Below are positions 31,001 to 38,300 of a stretch of DNA of 64,000 nt, one piece after another. The translations under genes were made by a program, and so were the position numbers. The stretch spans positions 124,001 to 188,000 of the IMG/VR virus record IMGVR_UViG_3300025009_000050; one strand, given 5' to 3'. The notes beneath the pieces are model-generated. The model was not told the DNA's origin. It made no database searches and saw nothing but the letters and a program-made list of their open reading frames with translations. The stretch's first letter is position 1. Each line of letters begins with the position of its first letter.

Positions 31001-31402
31001 GCGGCTCGCTCTAATGTAGGCAATCAACTCTTTAAAATTATTGTAATCTGGATTAGCTGAGTTCTCCAAGTTGGGTCCGAATACTACATGGTCATAGTAT
31101 AAGAATTCGTTAGCCGCTTGTGCCTTTGAAACAGCTCCATTGAATATGATAGGATTACCAAGAAATATACATACGGAGGGAGTTTTCAGTGCCTTAGAGC
31201 TTTCAAGACTAGCTATCCTATCCCTTACTGTCAAGCTGCTTCCTTGTGGTGTCTTGCCTAATGTTTGTTCTATAGAAATAACTACGTCCTGGAGATCATT
31301 TATGTGCTCAGCATCTACCCAATCTCCAGTAGTATCTTCCATACCGGGAATAGCATTCTGTTTCCTAGTAAAATTGTCTAGGTCATCTGGATAATTAGCC
31401 AT
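19034..31402 (-). CDS. Giant tail / host-recognition protein (4122 aa): GH/spherulin-like TIM barrel, pentapeptide-like repeats, CBM, Gly/Thr beta-rich shaft, YVTN beta-propellers, discoidin-like domain
   Basis: Single uninterrupted ORF with ATG and AGGTG/GAGG SD. A(N/Q)IA.ATIT 10-mers; NVLKNSDF...VQLEEGDIATAW CBM cassette; many YVTN-type blades (LYVTNYSSDTVLIVNIATNTIEKRIDVGSGPRPIAY); TIDLGAVY...VEISEDNVAW...RYIR. Confidence 0.85.
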   Translation of the reverse strand: MANYPDDLDNFTRKQNAIPGMEDTTGDWVDAEHINDLQDVVISIEQTLGKTPQGSSLTVRDRIASLESSKALKTPSVCIFLGNPIIFNGAVSKAQAANEFLYYDHVVFGPNLENSANPDYNNFKELIAYIRASRDIKLYGYIDVGVITSNFNLTQIETKISAWDVLGVDGVFLYNFGYDFGVSRARQNDIINFLHSRELSAFVQSTHAVDTFGSAYNAQYNPDYTNSLIDKRDIYLHENIAVDTTSVNAYINSIEYAKSLITYRNNLGTKIFGVATIDHNQTQEVAQSYFDYAQSVAILCSYDAFYAVTEDYGINSNALKLYRNLSLVGNYYDKNPQISEVAGTYTRVGSFGKITVNTVNHSYTLEGISIPGENITGTINYATIVDSVIDAINANPDSIIDPEKIAPLLVSNIKDIVIQAINDSCNSGLTINDARIGDLNASHIVAGDIAAGRIQANIIQAINAYVQSLTVEQINAGVINANAISASVVDAINANIGSAVIDQAHIGDLNASHITAGDISADRIQTNVVDAINANLGTATIDGAVIRNATITSAQIASATITSANIALATITSAQIATAAIGTANIQDAAIINAHISNAAINTANIANGAITNAQIATATIMTSNIQNASITSALIADASITNAHVVSLDAGKITTGYLGAGRIEAGSITANMLAAGTITADSAIIGIAAITSANIADAAITSAHIADATITNANIANATITSANIALATITSANIANATITAANIQLATITNAQIADATITNANIAFSTITSANIADATITSAKIALATITNANIADATIGTAQIADAAITTAKVGTAQIDTANIKDAAITTAKIGTAQISTALIADASITNAKISDLSAEKINAGYINADRMKAGVIDAINARFGEAYIDGAVITNLDAAVITAGSISTDILKSTVIQAINATADTLFINSSKITSISADKLNVGFGGYNVLKNSDFFFNDVEGSCLNWTAIGTEPTRPSTYGFRWSRKCFYVNDVTAVTRGYEQTISNDYAGKTLALSAWVKWKNVVMGTTSSNKLLVELHYQYNNGVSDVDQFERISLVGSCTVESEFERVQKIMSLTPLAPNWTVNFIKVRVYLNECAGEFSATCVQLEEGDIATAWTRNPEEMNGAQNNVLITSEGIIITGGKLTVVDPTGTVTINNGNIAAETITTSMISTDGLNASVISAGTIDANSVSIATKAGGTGNRFFIDTNGLSVQDKDTIDGTTNMVRIDSSGLSISSDGGSIWTNKITGLGLSVTSAEIASLDAGKITTGTLSVTGSMSVSGGNVVLSSSGVTISGDSGIYVSGAGGIRIKEGTLKVDNNENITQVTIGQYTTGQYGIKAGSTTLDSSGITIGQGSIDIGSGVFTVTNTGILTATSATITGAVNATSGYFGGSVDGISVGSTGLDVVGSGTITSGTAVLSSSGLTITGSGASINLNSGKFIVASDGTLTATAGTVGGWTLSTDTLTSDNGLVTIKSSSTSNYIRTANALISPTKVVQLDSTGLTITGGAISVQTTDGSTAIDGNGINASTITTGTLTVGTGMSVSGGNVVLGSTGITVSGSSGITVTGIDGITISTGTLKVLNGTTPEVIVGQYTTGNFGIKAGNTILNSSGITMNQGSISINSGVFAVTSAGALTATSATVTGAINATSGYFGSSTNGITVNSTGLTVSGTGTIVSGKVIVKNDRIVVNNASDILQVTLGYNGTSYGIFAGTTKLDSTGLNMTQGSITLGTKFSVSTDGTLTASSATISGSISATSGTIGGLTVESTSVTFGNVTLNSSGIGVAGTSGIAVTGTGTIVAGYVTTYSDRIEVKNGTTAQAILGKYDTTNYGIKAVAGDIGGWIISSTDLKASNLVLDNTGKIRIGTNITLDGTTTTGTITATNVDLTGKITATSGSVGSWVVNTDLHSVNNVIRLNPTAETISVYNVDTAEVIFGKYDGLSYGLKAGNTILNSSGIAANQGTIGGLTIGDHHIQTNGFISGGTGFKISDNGLLEAGNVNLTGSVKATSGEFGVGSGRINASNDGIWAGPGVGVSGSVFWISSKPQFIGADGTTINPGDAYFKGSIVVEADSFISSGSDLVISEGSVIAGSRNSARVEMTYNEAAGGYISCWGYDSYSVLTEFFKVDRTGAKLYGDITATSGTILGNLSVGASSNVYLDGTSNAIYLYDNTDEYNDRVVRLNNLGLYISTDSGVTYDPALTGTGLNANVINDGQLTIADHGGGASGIVIKQWNETLNGYVDNVSINPGGIDVYNGAITVHSDKTGEVLIGGGYLRVKGLDMGVVTSNNYVGNGNFNMASDRYGLKQLNQDEVFLGRAQSSGGAVSNPTYHYAGWPDYPTRNPHTVYTYNVNPDGTLNLYDPENLSDPNWPNITRVSFNPQWSAVHPITGHCVIPNDADNFVTVINKDGNLVRNLKSWKGGLFGAAFTPAQSATSLLPNAPMGARLVVCGDDIDRKRAPWDMVVFDTSDSDPANWTRIGVIDVGEFPSKVICDDKGYAYVTISLDDNVYKIDIVNMRVVAIMMLTDVRGIPVIPQPIWISQDYSKIYVGGVVSDYVYEIPADFATPFASCRKFSILPYDGNRGIIHDLRTLPDGNICFSSASETDGYIAILNKDTGVMMTYIDKTMTDKLSAQTLAMEVGRQNFYGSTTLCPHPTQPIIYVTCTARCVVSVLSYQTGELIEIQRIEAGSNPSGVSISTDGTKLYVPNHHYHTYPLGANRIWGYNSSDNFYATDDTFDTTQKFYHYNPSGIIITDNRYVWIVNRATNDITIRDTNNWSNELVWEKIEDVGNKPFDIKINNAKTKVFVSNDDEDDQNTPDFITIIDVGTKLVEGHIHVADRPMGIEISSDDKYVYAACYDGKMVQKASVADHIVVNSAYLNGKPKYLKLVGSTLYATCSDTDELYVIDANTLDIIQIISCDEGPLQMVNVGSKLYVTNYSSDTVLIVNIATNTIEKRIDVGSGPRPIAYNPVYGFIYVGCSGEGTVAIINSTTDTVVDWAMTGHNPYHIAVSADGEKWYTSAHGPEGIYAYGEGNPFTGDAYLDNSGITHKYGAEYWMPTRSNWTRGADKTLTSFSSVEFWPSSKLQGKQGYAQLTVMGMYNAYARIEQDIYQFVNNSDGACEYYTELIELQQGIPLKLTEDVADFKDITGQEKRRIQLISATDVSIIYIEGVHYVVNYDVNEVSRLGDTIPASGKIENTVLVDTTAVTMIANGKNYNTITVYPLGQTAGEYIENTDYIIDRVNNTIARTVNSAIPSGNSVTVKYRHCLKVRYYYHPNKRNYSDSVVSADFFWKWPRPENQWVRMQLDELVPKFIYVDNDNIDPWRPIHDYGKPLYEDATPYWLKQDNTKLYQVPEVKGLVYSAYSDRVPVASITPSAIPISGETDNVKKTDGSTVVLPVGSQNLTIDLGAVYYANNITIDHGILVNNAKVEISEDNVAWVEVFNGLLAVGPSYQITFQKTYNSDYEGPKRVRYIRSTLDNTTNQWKQIKVMGDWKVGSYTFASNTIWDSESKRETFVTLGGTTAKRFDDPSITNIDPLNPTTRPSERVRYRLYYSGTDGSHDLRGEVSVYNAYENTLYKGVGYRNVTTHLPYAVLDTTGYDYVYDYMANILWRTADSTIADGEEVRIVYKFVQEDLSSLPLCIAHRNPNTGIADMDASVAESDVTGAWIQWTFTNDYRCDWYIGWIADIGLGNVNIYLDNNLTHSISQMSTKVERFSQISQDLLPGEHTIKLVQQQGRVNFDVIKLEDLQLLQMNSQIVASPSLNPVELFTWYTAKISPYKARKYLGRGTQVLSGAYDSLRVDKDLGIPNNQVPVRYRLRFQTTLEGRADAVDGEGGTGGEIGDRKWRFEQGAAMVTNVTMEKGVNPTYWRMAPAADKYTGFAIESWDSQEPKHTGIQTSHIANGAITADKIKAFSIIDEHIASNAKIQESKLSLNYATHPHEDLAALDKIMLSDGGILVDGKVKQQGQYEIVHRRPLYGIAGDLQFQTDSTTWETMVFAYGPFGYALPSVQTSANRYYRLYAIYSDDITNTDASATIAPRVRVELASDTILVYEWKMPHTYGAVNDQRDAYSSYFQVSGLTSGDHCNVKVRIQNDACNYAAGGKSVGIKYLELIAYDVF
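28850..30100 (-). repeat. Degenerate 30-nt / 10-aa tandem coding repeat (A[NQ]IA[DNL]ATITS)
   Basis: Many consecutive units such as ANIANATITS, AQIADATITN and ANIALATITS in the translation. Periodic gctatattagc / gtagcatc motifs are visible in the DNA. Confidence 0.9.
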
Positions 31403-31415
31403 TGAATCTCACCTC

Positions 31416-31607
31416 TTATATTTTACTCCTAGGTATTATACCATATCTACCGTCATATGCTTTAAATTTGCGTTCATCATCATTCCAGTATTCTAGAATA
31501 AAATGAGTCGTATCCGAATCCTGTAGGTATGACCAACATATTTCTGTCTTATTGGTTTCTGCATTGTATTTATATGTTAAGCCAAGAGGTGTATTGACTG
31601 GAATCAT
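31416..31607 (-). CDS. Small hypothetical protein (63 aa)
   Basis: Fills the gap between two large genes on the same strand; ATG preceded by GGAGAGAG. Confidence 0.7.
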   Translation of the reverse strand: MIPVNTPLGLTYKYNAETNKTEICWSYLQDSDTTHFILEYWNDDERKFKAYDGRYGIIPRSKI

Positions 31608-31621
31608 ATTGTCTCTCTCCT

Positions 31622-34600
31622 CTATACATACTCAATTATTGGGAAGGTTCCGTACGGTAAGTACTTACCAACCATTTCCTTAATCTGCGAGTCGGTCATC
31701 GGTGCTCTTCCGTTATCGCCATCTAACAATCTTTTTGGTATTTTAATTATTATTACTCCATTACTTTGGTATGCTAATCCATCCCACGATCCTATATCCC
31801 AATAGTGTTGCGCAAGTGGTTGAGTTTGATATATTTTACTATTAGTAATAGTACTCTTTATTCCTCCGCCTCTAGTTCTTGTATCCATGACCATGACATC
31901 ATCTACGGTTGCATTCTCACGTATTTGTATGATAGCTAGTAACAATACCCTAGGTTCGACAGAGCATATAGAACTAAATAGTTCACTAGAGAAGGTATGT
32001 CTTACTGTCCATTTGCTTATCTCTCTTCCGTCAACTTCGTATGGTAAAAGATATATATAGATTGATTTGTTTATTATTTCTGATGTGGGGATGAGTGAAT
32101 TAATTACTAAGTTATCTTTGACAAGCGGATACCTAGTTACGTGGCCTTCTGAAGGATTAAGGTCTAGATACCAAAACTCATTACCATCCCAGTAGCCTTT
32201 GTACGTATAAAAGTTTTCCTCATAAAAATAATCAGCATATATCTCATCAGTATAGTCTATTTCTTCTGCTACTATTATGATACCGTTACAAGTATCTATA
32301 TCCAATATAGTTAGCTCATCTTCCTCGCAATATCTATATGTAGCATATATGTTATTGCCATGTTGTCTTATCATAGTAACTGAACCATTTTCGTAATCAA
32401 TTGAATACTCATTGGAACTCAAAGGTGTGTATCCACTATTAGGTGTATACTCTAGTATTATTGGAAGTGGAATACTCAACCAGTTAGTATGATCACTAGT
32501 AAAATGAGTATTATCACTAGTGATTAACTTCTCTCTGAACATAGGATTGTTAGAATACTTTCTACGAATTAGCTTTATAGGAGTTAGATCGTCAACCTTT
32601 AAACCACCATTATTAATTTTAACTTTATGATTATCGATATATACTGTCTTATCGTCGTTCACACTTATAAATGGAATAGCAGGATTAAAATGTTGTCTTT
32701 CATATTCTGGAATCTTGTATACACATTTCTCAGGAGTAGTTGTGCGATTACCGTCAGAATAGAAATCACGATTAAACTTGCTAAACCTACCATTAACTCT
32801 GAGAAACCAGCAATCTCTCTCATCTTCTGTACTAGGATAATCCACATATATGTTACCGTTATTATTTTGCTTAACAGAGAATGTTCTCTTAGACGCCCTC
32901 AAGGTATAGTAATCTGTCCAAGCATGTATGAATATATTCTCTAACTCGTCCATTGTGAATAAGTAATTATACGCTATCTTGTTTTCTCCGCTTAAATCAT
33001 AGATATATTCACCAGTATTCCTATTGTAGAAAGCAATGTTAACTGGAGATACAGACTCTTCTTGAACTCCATTAACTACTTTACCCAACCATAGTTTATA
33101 AAATATCCTATTAGGATTATTCCATATCGTTCCACTTGGCGTTCCAGGCAGAACAGATCTGAGACTGCTAAGAACAACCTTACCGTCTACTTTGCTGATA
33201 GAGTCTATTTTAGTATATGAGGTGTTACCCCATACATAACGATAGTTTCCTACGTTGTCCCACTCATATGTGTATGGTGTTATAGACCACGTAAACTCAA
33301 CGTTAGGATGAAAAATAGTTATATCCGTATCTACCATGTCACTACTGGTAAAGTCTAAATCATTGTTTCCAGGTACTAAGGAGTAAGCCCATAATTTTAC
33401 TGAGCCATTATTAGACTCGGTCATTCGTATATTATCTTGGATAGTAGTGAAAACATTATTACTATATATGCTTGGCGTTACAATAAATGTTCCAACACCA
33501 TTATGATATTTGTGTGGCATATATGGAAGCATAGCTTCTCTACATGTAGTTGATATTATCTTACGGGCAACTATGGTGGTAGATGATTGATCAATAGCTC
33601 CGACTTCATATATTGTTCTTCCATTTTGTATATATTCTTGTGAAAATAGGTTGTCTATATGAATAGCCTGATCTATTAATTGAGGAGTCTTAATCCAAAT
33701 GTCCTCAGATAAGGCAAGTAAAGTATTAATACAGAACTTGGTCGATACTTCATTGCTCACACTAATAGATCTCATTATTCCGCAATTAGATATTAATAAT
33801 GTTCCATTCCCTATCTTCCTATAAGCAATACCAATATCGTTAACATCATCGCTCCAAATAACAATAGGTGTCCAAGTTTCATTGCTGGGTATGTTTATAT
33901 ATGCACCTACGTATCCATTGTTAGAATAGCCGATATCAATTCTATTATTATCGCCAATTGGTATATTGTGATATCTATTAAAATATTTTGAGTTAGGAGT
34001 AACGGCTTTCAAATATCCAGTAGATGTTGATGTAGTGTCAAATGTTACGGACGTGTCATTTCCTTGTGGCCAGTTCCTTAAATTAAGAGCTCCTGGACCG
34101 CTAGAACAACTATCTATCCATACCTTACCGCCGTTCTTAATGTAATACATTAGCTCATGACCATAATAAGTTAAGTCTAATGGACCGTAGCCTGTTATGA
34201 TAATAATATCATATAGCTTTAATACGTCTGCTGGCTGACTTATGTCTACATACCAGTACCTATAGTCTGCTGTATTAGTTGGGGAATAAGGATTGTTGAA
34301 GGTAACGTAACTAGGAACTAACTGGGAGTTAGCTATATTTTGAAGGCATTGTCCAACTGATTCATAGGATGAATCATGGTAGGCGTTATTATAATACACA
34401 CCTATATTCATTCCTGTAGGATTTTCTGTATTATAATTTACGTTGAGATTAGCTTCGACTTGATACCTAAAGGTTTGTATTGGTCTATCTGCAGAATCTT
34501 TAACTATGACTTGACTAGGAGCATACACTCTATATTTATCAGCGTTACCTACTTGTTCAACATAATATACTTTGTTATTTAGTTCTGGTAACCATTCTCC

Positions 34601-35353
34601 ATCTCCGTCTGTAGGGTTTAAAGCTAATTCCTTTAAATCTTCAAATTCACCTTTATCTAACTTACCAAAGAACAATGAAGCATTAAGAATTTCTGTTGTA
34701 GATGCAATATCATCATTATACTTTTGATATGTTATTGTATAGGTCTCATTATCTGTATTCCTAAAATTAGTGTATATCTCAATTTGGAATTCATTCTCCA
34801 TACCATCTTGAACTGGTATTAGTATAACCTTGTATTTATGAGTAATTGATAACTCGACCCCATCTGATCTACCTATAGATATCTTATTGCCTATATACAC
34901 TAGCTTCTTAGTTTTGTCTATTGTTCCATTGCTAAGCTCATATGTAGGGATTGTAACATAGCCTCCATTGTATGGCAATAGCTCACTAATCCCGTCTATA
35001 TTAAAATTTTGAGTAGTTACAGACTTATAATATAGTGGTTGAGGCTCATAATTATAATTCTCAATTAATGAGAATTCATCAGTGATTTCTATATTGTCAG
35101 ATGTGAATTCAGTTTCTCCATTACAGTATAGAAGGAAGCTAGCATCAGGACGAGCTAAAAAGTTTATAGTTTCTCCATTACTAACATTCTCAGGGATTTG
35201 TCCCGAATAGTCCTCTATTATGATATTAGCTTGTGGTGATATAGAGGGCGAATGAACGTAGGCAAGATTAACAGCACTTGGAGGTACCTTCTTGCCTACG
35301 CGTAATGAATATACTCCAGGAGATAATTCTTCTTTATAGGGTATTGTCTTCAT
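31622..35353 (-). CDS. Large virion structural (baseplate-associated) protein (1243 aa)
   Basis: In the baseplate operon, Tyr/Asn-rich beta-type composition. C-terminal DTRTRGGG...WDIGSWDG...IIIKIP region resembles large-phage structural proteins (from recall, not searched). Confidence 0.7.
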   Translation of the reverse strand: MKTIPYKEELSPGVYSLRVGKKVPPSAVNLAYVHSPSISPQANIIIEDYSGQIPENVSNGETINFLARPDASFLLYCNGETEFTSDNIEITDEFSLIENYNYEPQPLYYKSVTTQNFNIDGISELLPYNGGYVTIPTYELSNGTIDKTKKLVYIGNKISIGRSDGVELSITHKYKVILIPVQDGMENEFQIEIYTNFRNTDNETYTITYQKYNDDIASTTEILNASLFFGKLDKGEFEDLKELALNPTDGDGEWLPELNNKVYYVEQVGNADKYRVYAPSQVIVKDSADRPIQTFRYQVEANLNVNYNTENPTGMNIGVYYNNAYHDSSYESVGQCLQNIANSQLVPSYVTFNNPYSPTNTADYRYWYVDISQPADVLKLYDIIIITGYGPLDLTYYGHELMYYIKNGGKVWIDSCSSGPGALNLRNWPQGNDTSVTFDTTSTSTGYLKAVTPNSKYFNRYHNIPIGDNNRIDIGYSNNGYVGAYINIPSNETWTPIVIWSDDVNDIGIAYRKIGNGTLLISNCGIMRSISVSNEVSTKFCINTLLALSEDIWIKTPQLIDQAIHIDNLFSQEYIQNGRTIYEVGAIDQSSTTIVARKIISTTCREAMLPYMPHKYHNGVGTFIVTPSIYSNNVFTTIQDNIRMTESNNGSVKLWAYSLVPGNNDLDFTSSDMVDTDITIFHPNVEFTWSITPYTYEWDNVGNYRYVWGNTSYTKIDSISKVDGKVVLSSLRSVLPGTPSGTIWNNPNRIFYKLWLGKVVNGVQEESVSPVNIAFYNRNTGEYIYDLSGENKIAYNYLFTMDELENIFIHAWTDYYTLRASKRTFSVKQNNNGNIYVDYPSTEDERDCWFLRVNGRFSKFNRDFYSDGNRTTTPEKCVYKIPEYERQHFNPAIPFISVNDDKTVYIDNHKVKINNGGLKVDDLTPIKLIRRKYSNNPMFREKLITSDNTHFTSDHTNWLSIPLPIILEYTPNSGYTPLSSNEYSIDYENGSVTMIRQHGNNIYATYRYCEEDELTILDIDTCNGIIIVAEEIDYTDEIYADYFYEENFYTYKGYWDGNEFWYLDLNPSEGHVTRYPLVKDNLVINSLIPTSEIINKSIYIYLLPYEVDGREISKWTVRHTFSSELFSSICSVEPRVLLLAIIQIRENATVDDVMVMDTRTRGGGIKSTITNSKIYQTQPLAQHYWDIGSWDGLAYQSNGVIIIKIPKRLLDGDNGRAPMTDSQIKEMVGKYLPYGTFPIIEYV

Positions 35354-35362
35354 GTATTACCC

Positions 35363-38300
35363 TCACATTCCATATTCATTAATAGTCATTAACCTTATTT
35401 TGATTTCTGTTCCAAGACCACTAATAGAATCGTATATTGTTATCTTGTTATACGTTGCGTCTGGAAGTTCTTCATGACTTATCTTAGGCGCTGTATACAT
35501 GTAGATATGCCTACCAGCTACACTATTGGTTGAATAAGATGAGCCTGTGTTCTTTAGCTCAACGGTATCTCCAACAATGTATTTAATAAGTCCTCCAGTG
35601 ATCCGATTACCAGATACAAGTGCTATCTTATTCATAGACAGCTCTAAGTCTACATTATTAGTAGGATTACCGTGTTTATCAACTGTTTCTATTATGATAG
35701 TAGACATATCTACTCCATTACACAATAGATTACTTGGGCTTAGATTTACTCTGAAATGACTTAATTCGCTTAAGTCATTTGTTATATACATGAATCCATT
35801 ATGATTAGGATTATAGAGTGGGTTTAGCTCTGCTGTGTTCGCTAGAGAGTAATTGAGAGAGTTTTTCTCGTAAGTTATAGTGAGTGGTTCGCCTGTATTC
35901 TGACCTAGGCGAATATATGCGGCTCCATATTTTCCGTTAGAATCCCATATATAACAGTCTCTCAACTGGTATATAACCTTTAACCTCTTTCCTTTTAATG
36001 CTTCAGCCTCATCGGAAGTTAATGTCATTGTTACTTCACTACCATTTATGGACAAGGGATCTCCTATTATACTGTTCTTATCATTATACACTACTGTTCT
36101 AAACTTGTCAACCTCTAGATCAGAAAAAGTTAAAATAATCTTATTGGTTCCATCACTGATGAATTCCTCTGTATTATATGTTGTATATTCACCAGTTGTT
36201 TCATCAGAAAAAGATACCTTGCGTAGTGGAGTACCATCTTGTTTCTGTATCACTAAGGGTGCTCTTTGTTGAGGAGCTGGATTAATAGCTACGAATGACC
36301 CATCGAAGGTTTCATTTATGTTCCCCTCAAATCCACATTTCATAGTCATAAGATTGGAATCAAAGTCTAATGTAGTAGAGGTGTATATACTACTGATGGT
36401 CTCTGTGGAGGGAGCGTACTTAAACATTACTAAGTCATCTAGGATACAGTTACAGTTATCTCCGAGTGAGTTTCTAGAATTTCCAATACATAATGATTTC
36501 GTCTTATGTGTGCCATCGCTGTTCCTACCATCAAATAACGATATAGACATGGGGCTACTGCTATGAATATCGTTAACATACATGTTGACATTACCAGTTA
36601 AATTATTCCATGTCACAGCTAAATGGTTCCACGCACTCAGTGAATCTGAGAAAGTATAGGAGATATCCTGTAATAATGAGTCATTCATAGAAACAAACTT
36701 TATTGATCCATTCTCATATTTAAGAACAATATAATTACTCGCGTCTTCCCATACTTCAAAGAATACAGGACTGGATGTCATAGCCCCATCCATTGTTGTA
36801 TTAGACTTAAACCATAATGATATTCCACCAGGATTAGAATAATTGTAATGCATGGGATAAGTTATGATAGCATTTTCATGGTCGGTATTAGCACCCTTCT
36901 CATATCTTCCATCCACATAACTAATATCGCTAGACAAAGGCATATGTTCATCACCAATAATAATTATTTCTGGTTCTGCATACATAAAGTATCTTTGCTT
37001 GTTAATATAATAGAACCCATTATGTACCTGAGGTAACCAATTGTCCTTAGGGTTTAGGTTGTTGAGCGTACCAACTACATTGCCATCTTTAATGTATGTC
37101 TTAACCCAAATGTTGTTACTGTCTACTATATATACTAAGGTGTCTGTATTTATATTGTCTGGAATTTCAATATCAGGTATAGCTTCTATCATGTCGTTGC
37201 CAGAAGATACCTTCTTACCGCTACAAGTTACTACATTACTAACCCATATATCGTTCTGTATTATAGGTTCTGTGTAATCGCAAGAGAATACTACGTTAGC
37301 ATACCTATAATCTGTATACTTATATGAGATATAATACTTTGCTTCGGCTGCTGGTTTCCTTTCATTTAACGACCAATCGATGTAATTTCCGTTCTGAGTA
37401 TAATCGATATCCTTTATATAGTCTACGAATAACGGATCTGATACATAGGGCGAATCATATACTCCGTCTATACTGGTAATAAAGTTATTCGGAAGAACAT
37501 CGGTGTCTCCAGAACCTCTAGTCATAAGATGCATTATCTCTAATGTGTTATCAAATTTTACAATTGTCAGAGTATGTGGTAGTCTTGGTGAGTCACCATT
37601 GACTATGTCATCAGAAATGGTAAAGTTATTGCACCTGACACTACCTTCTACTATTTCCAACACATATGGTTGATTTGATAATATAGCTTCTGGGTCTAGT
37701 TCAGGTAGAATTATACCATTCAAGACATAGTTGTTCTTTATAGAATTGGCATTGACAAATGCTCCTTGTATTATTTTAGACTCAGATACCCATGGGGTAG
37801 GAGCAGCTGCTGTTGGAGCGTATATCTTCGCACAGATATTGTCTCCTTCAAGACTTGAAACCATATTCCACGTAGATGGATTACCGCTTGGTGTGTCAGT
37901 ACTTAAACTATTCCAAAATATATCTATTACTCTATCATCTTCATTCACATTTCCTTCTATAGGATAGCCTGGACTGTCCCATCCCATTTCTAAAAAGTAC
38001 TTATACAACTTATTTCCATTCATTATCACATTAGAGTTACCTGGGCAGATAAAGTAAGTATACATTGGTATCTCACTGGTAAGTGGATATACTACTGACG
38101 CTGCTCCGTATTGATAAAATCTCTTATTCTGCGAGTTGCTTGTTTCAGAACAGTATATCCTCAAGGAATCCGTTTGACTTAGTGTAGTTGATTCGCCAGA
38201 TCCATATCCTTTGCTATTCCAATAAAGGGTTACATAAGGTAATCCTGTCCTATTTATGTGCGTGTACGCAGGATACAAACTTCTTCCAGCCACACACTCT

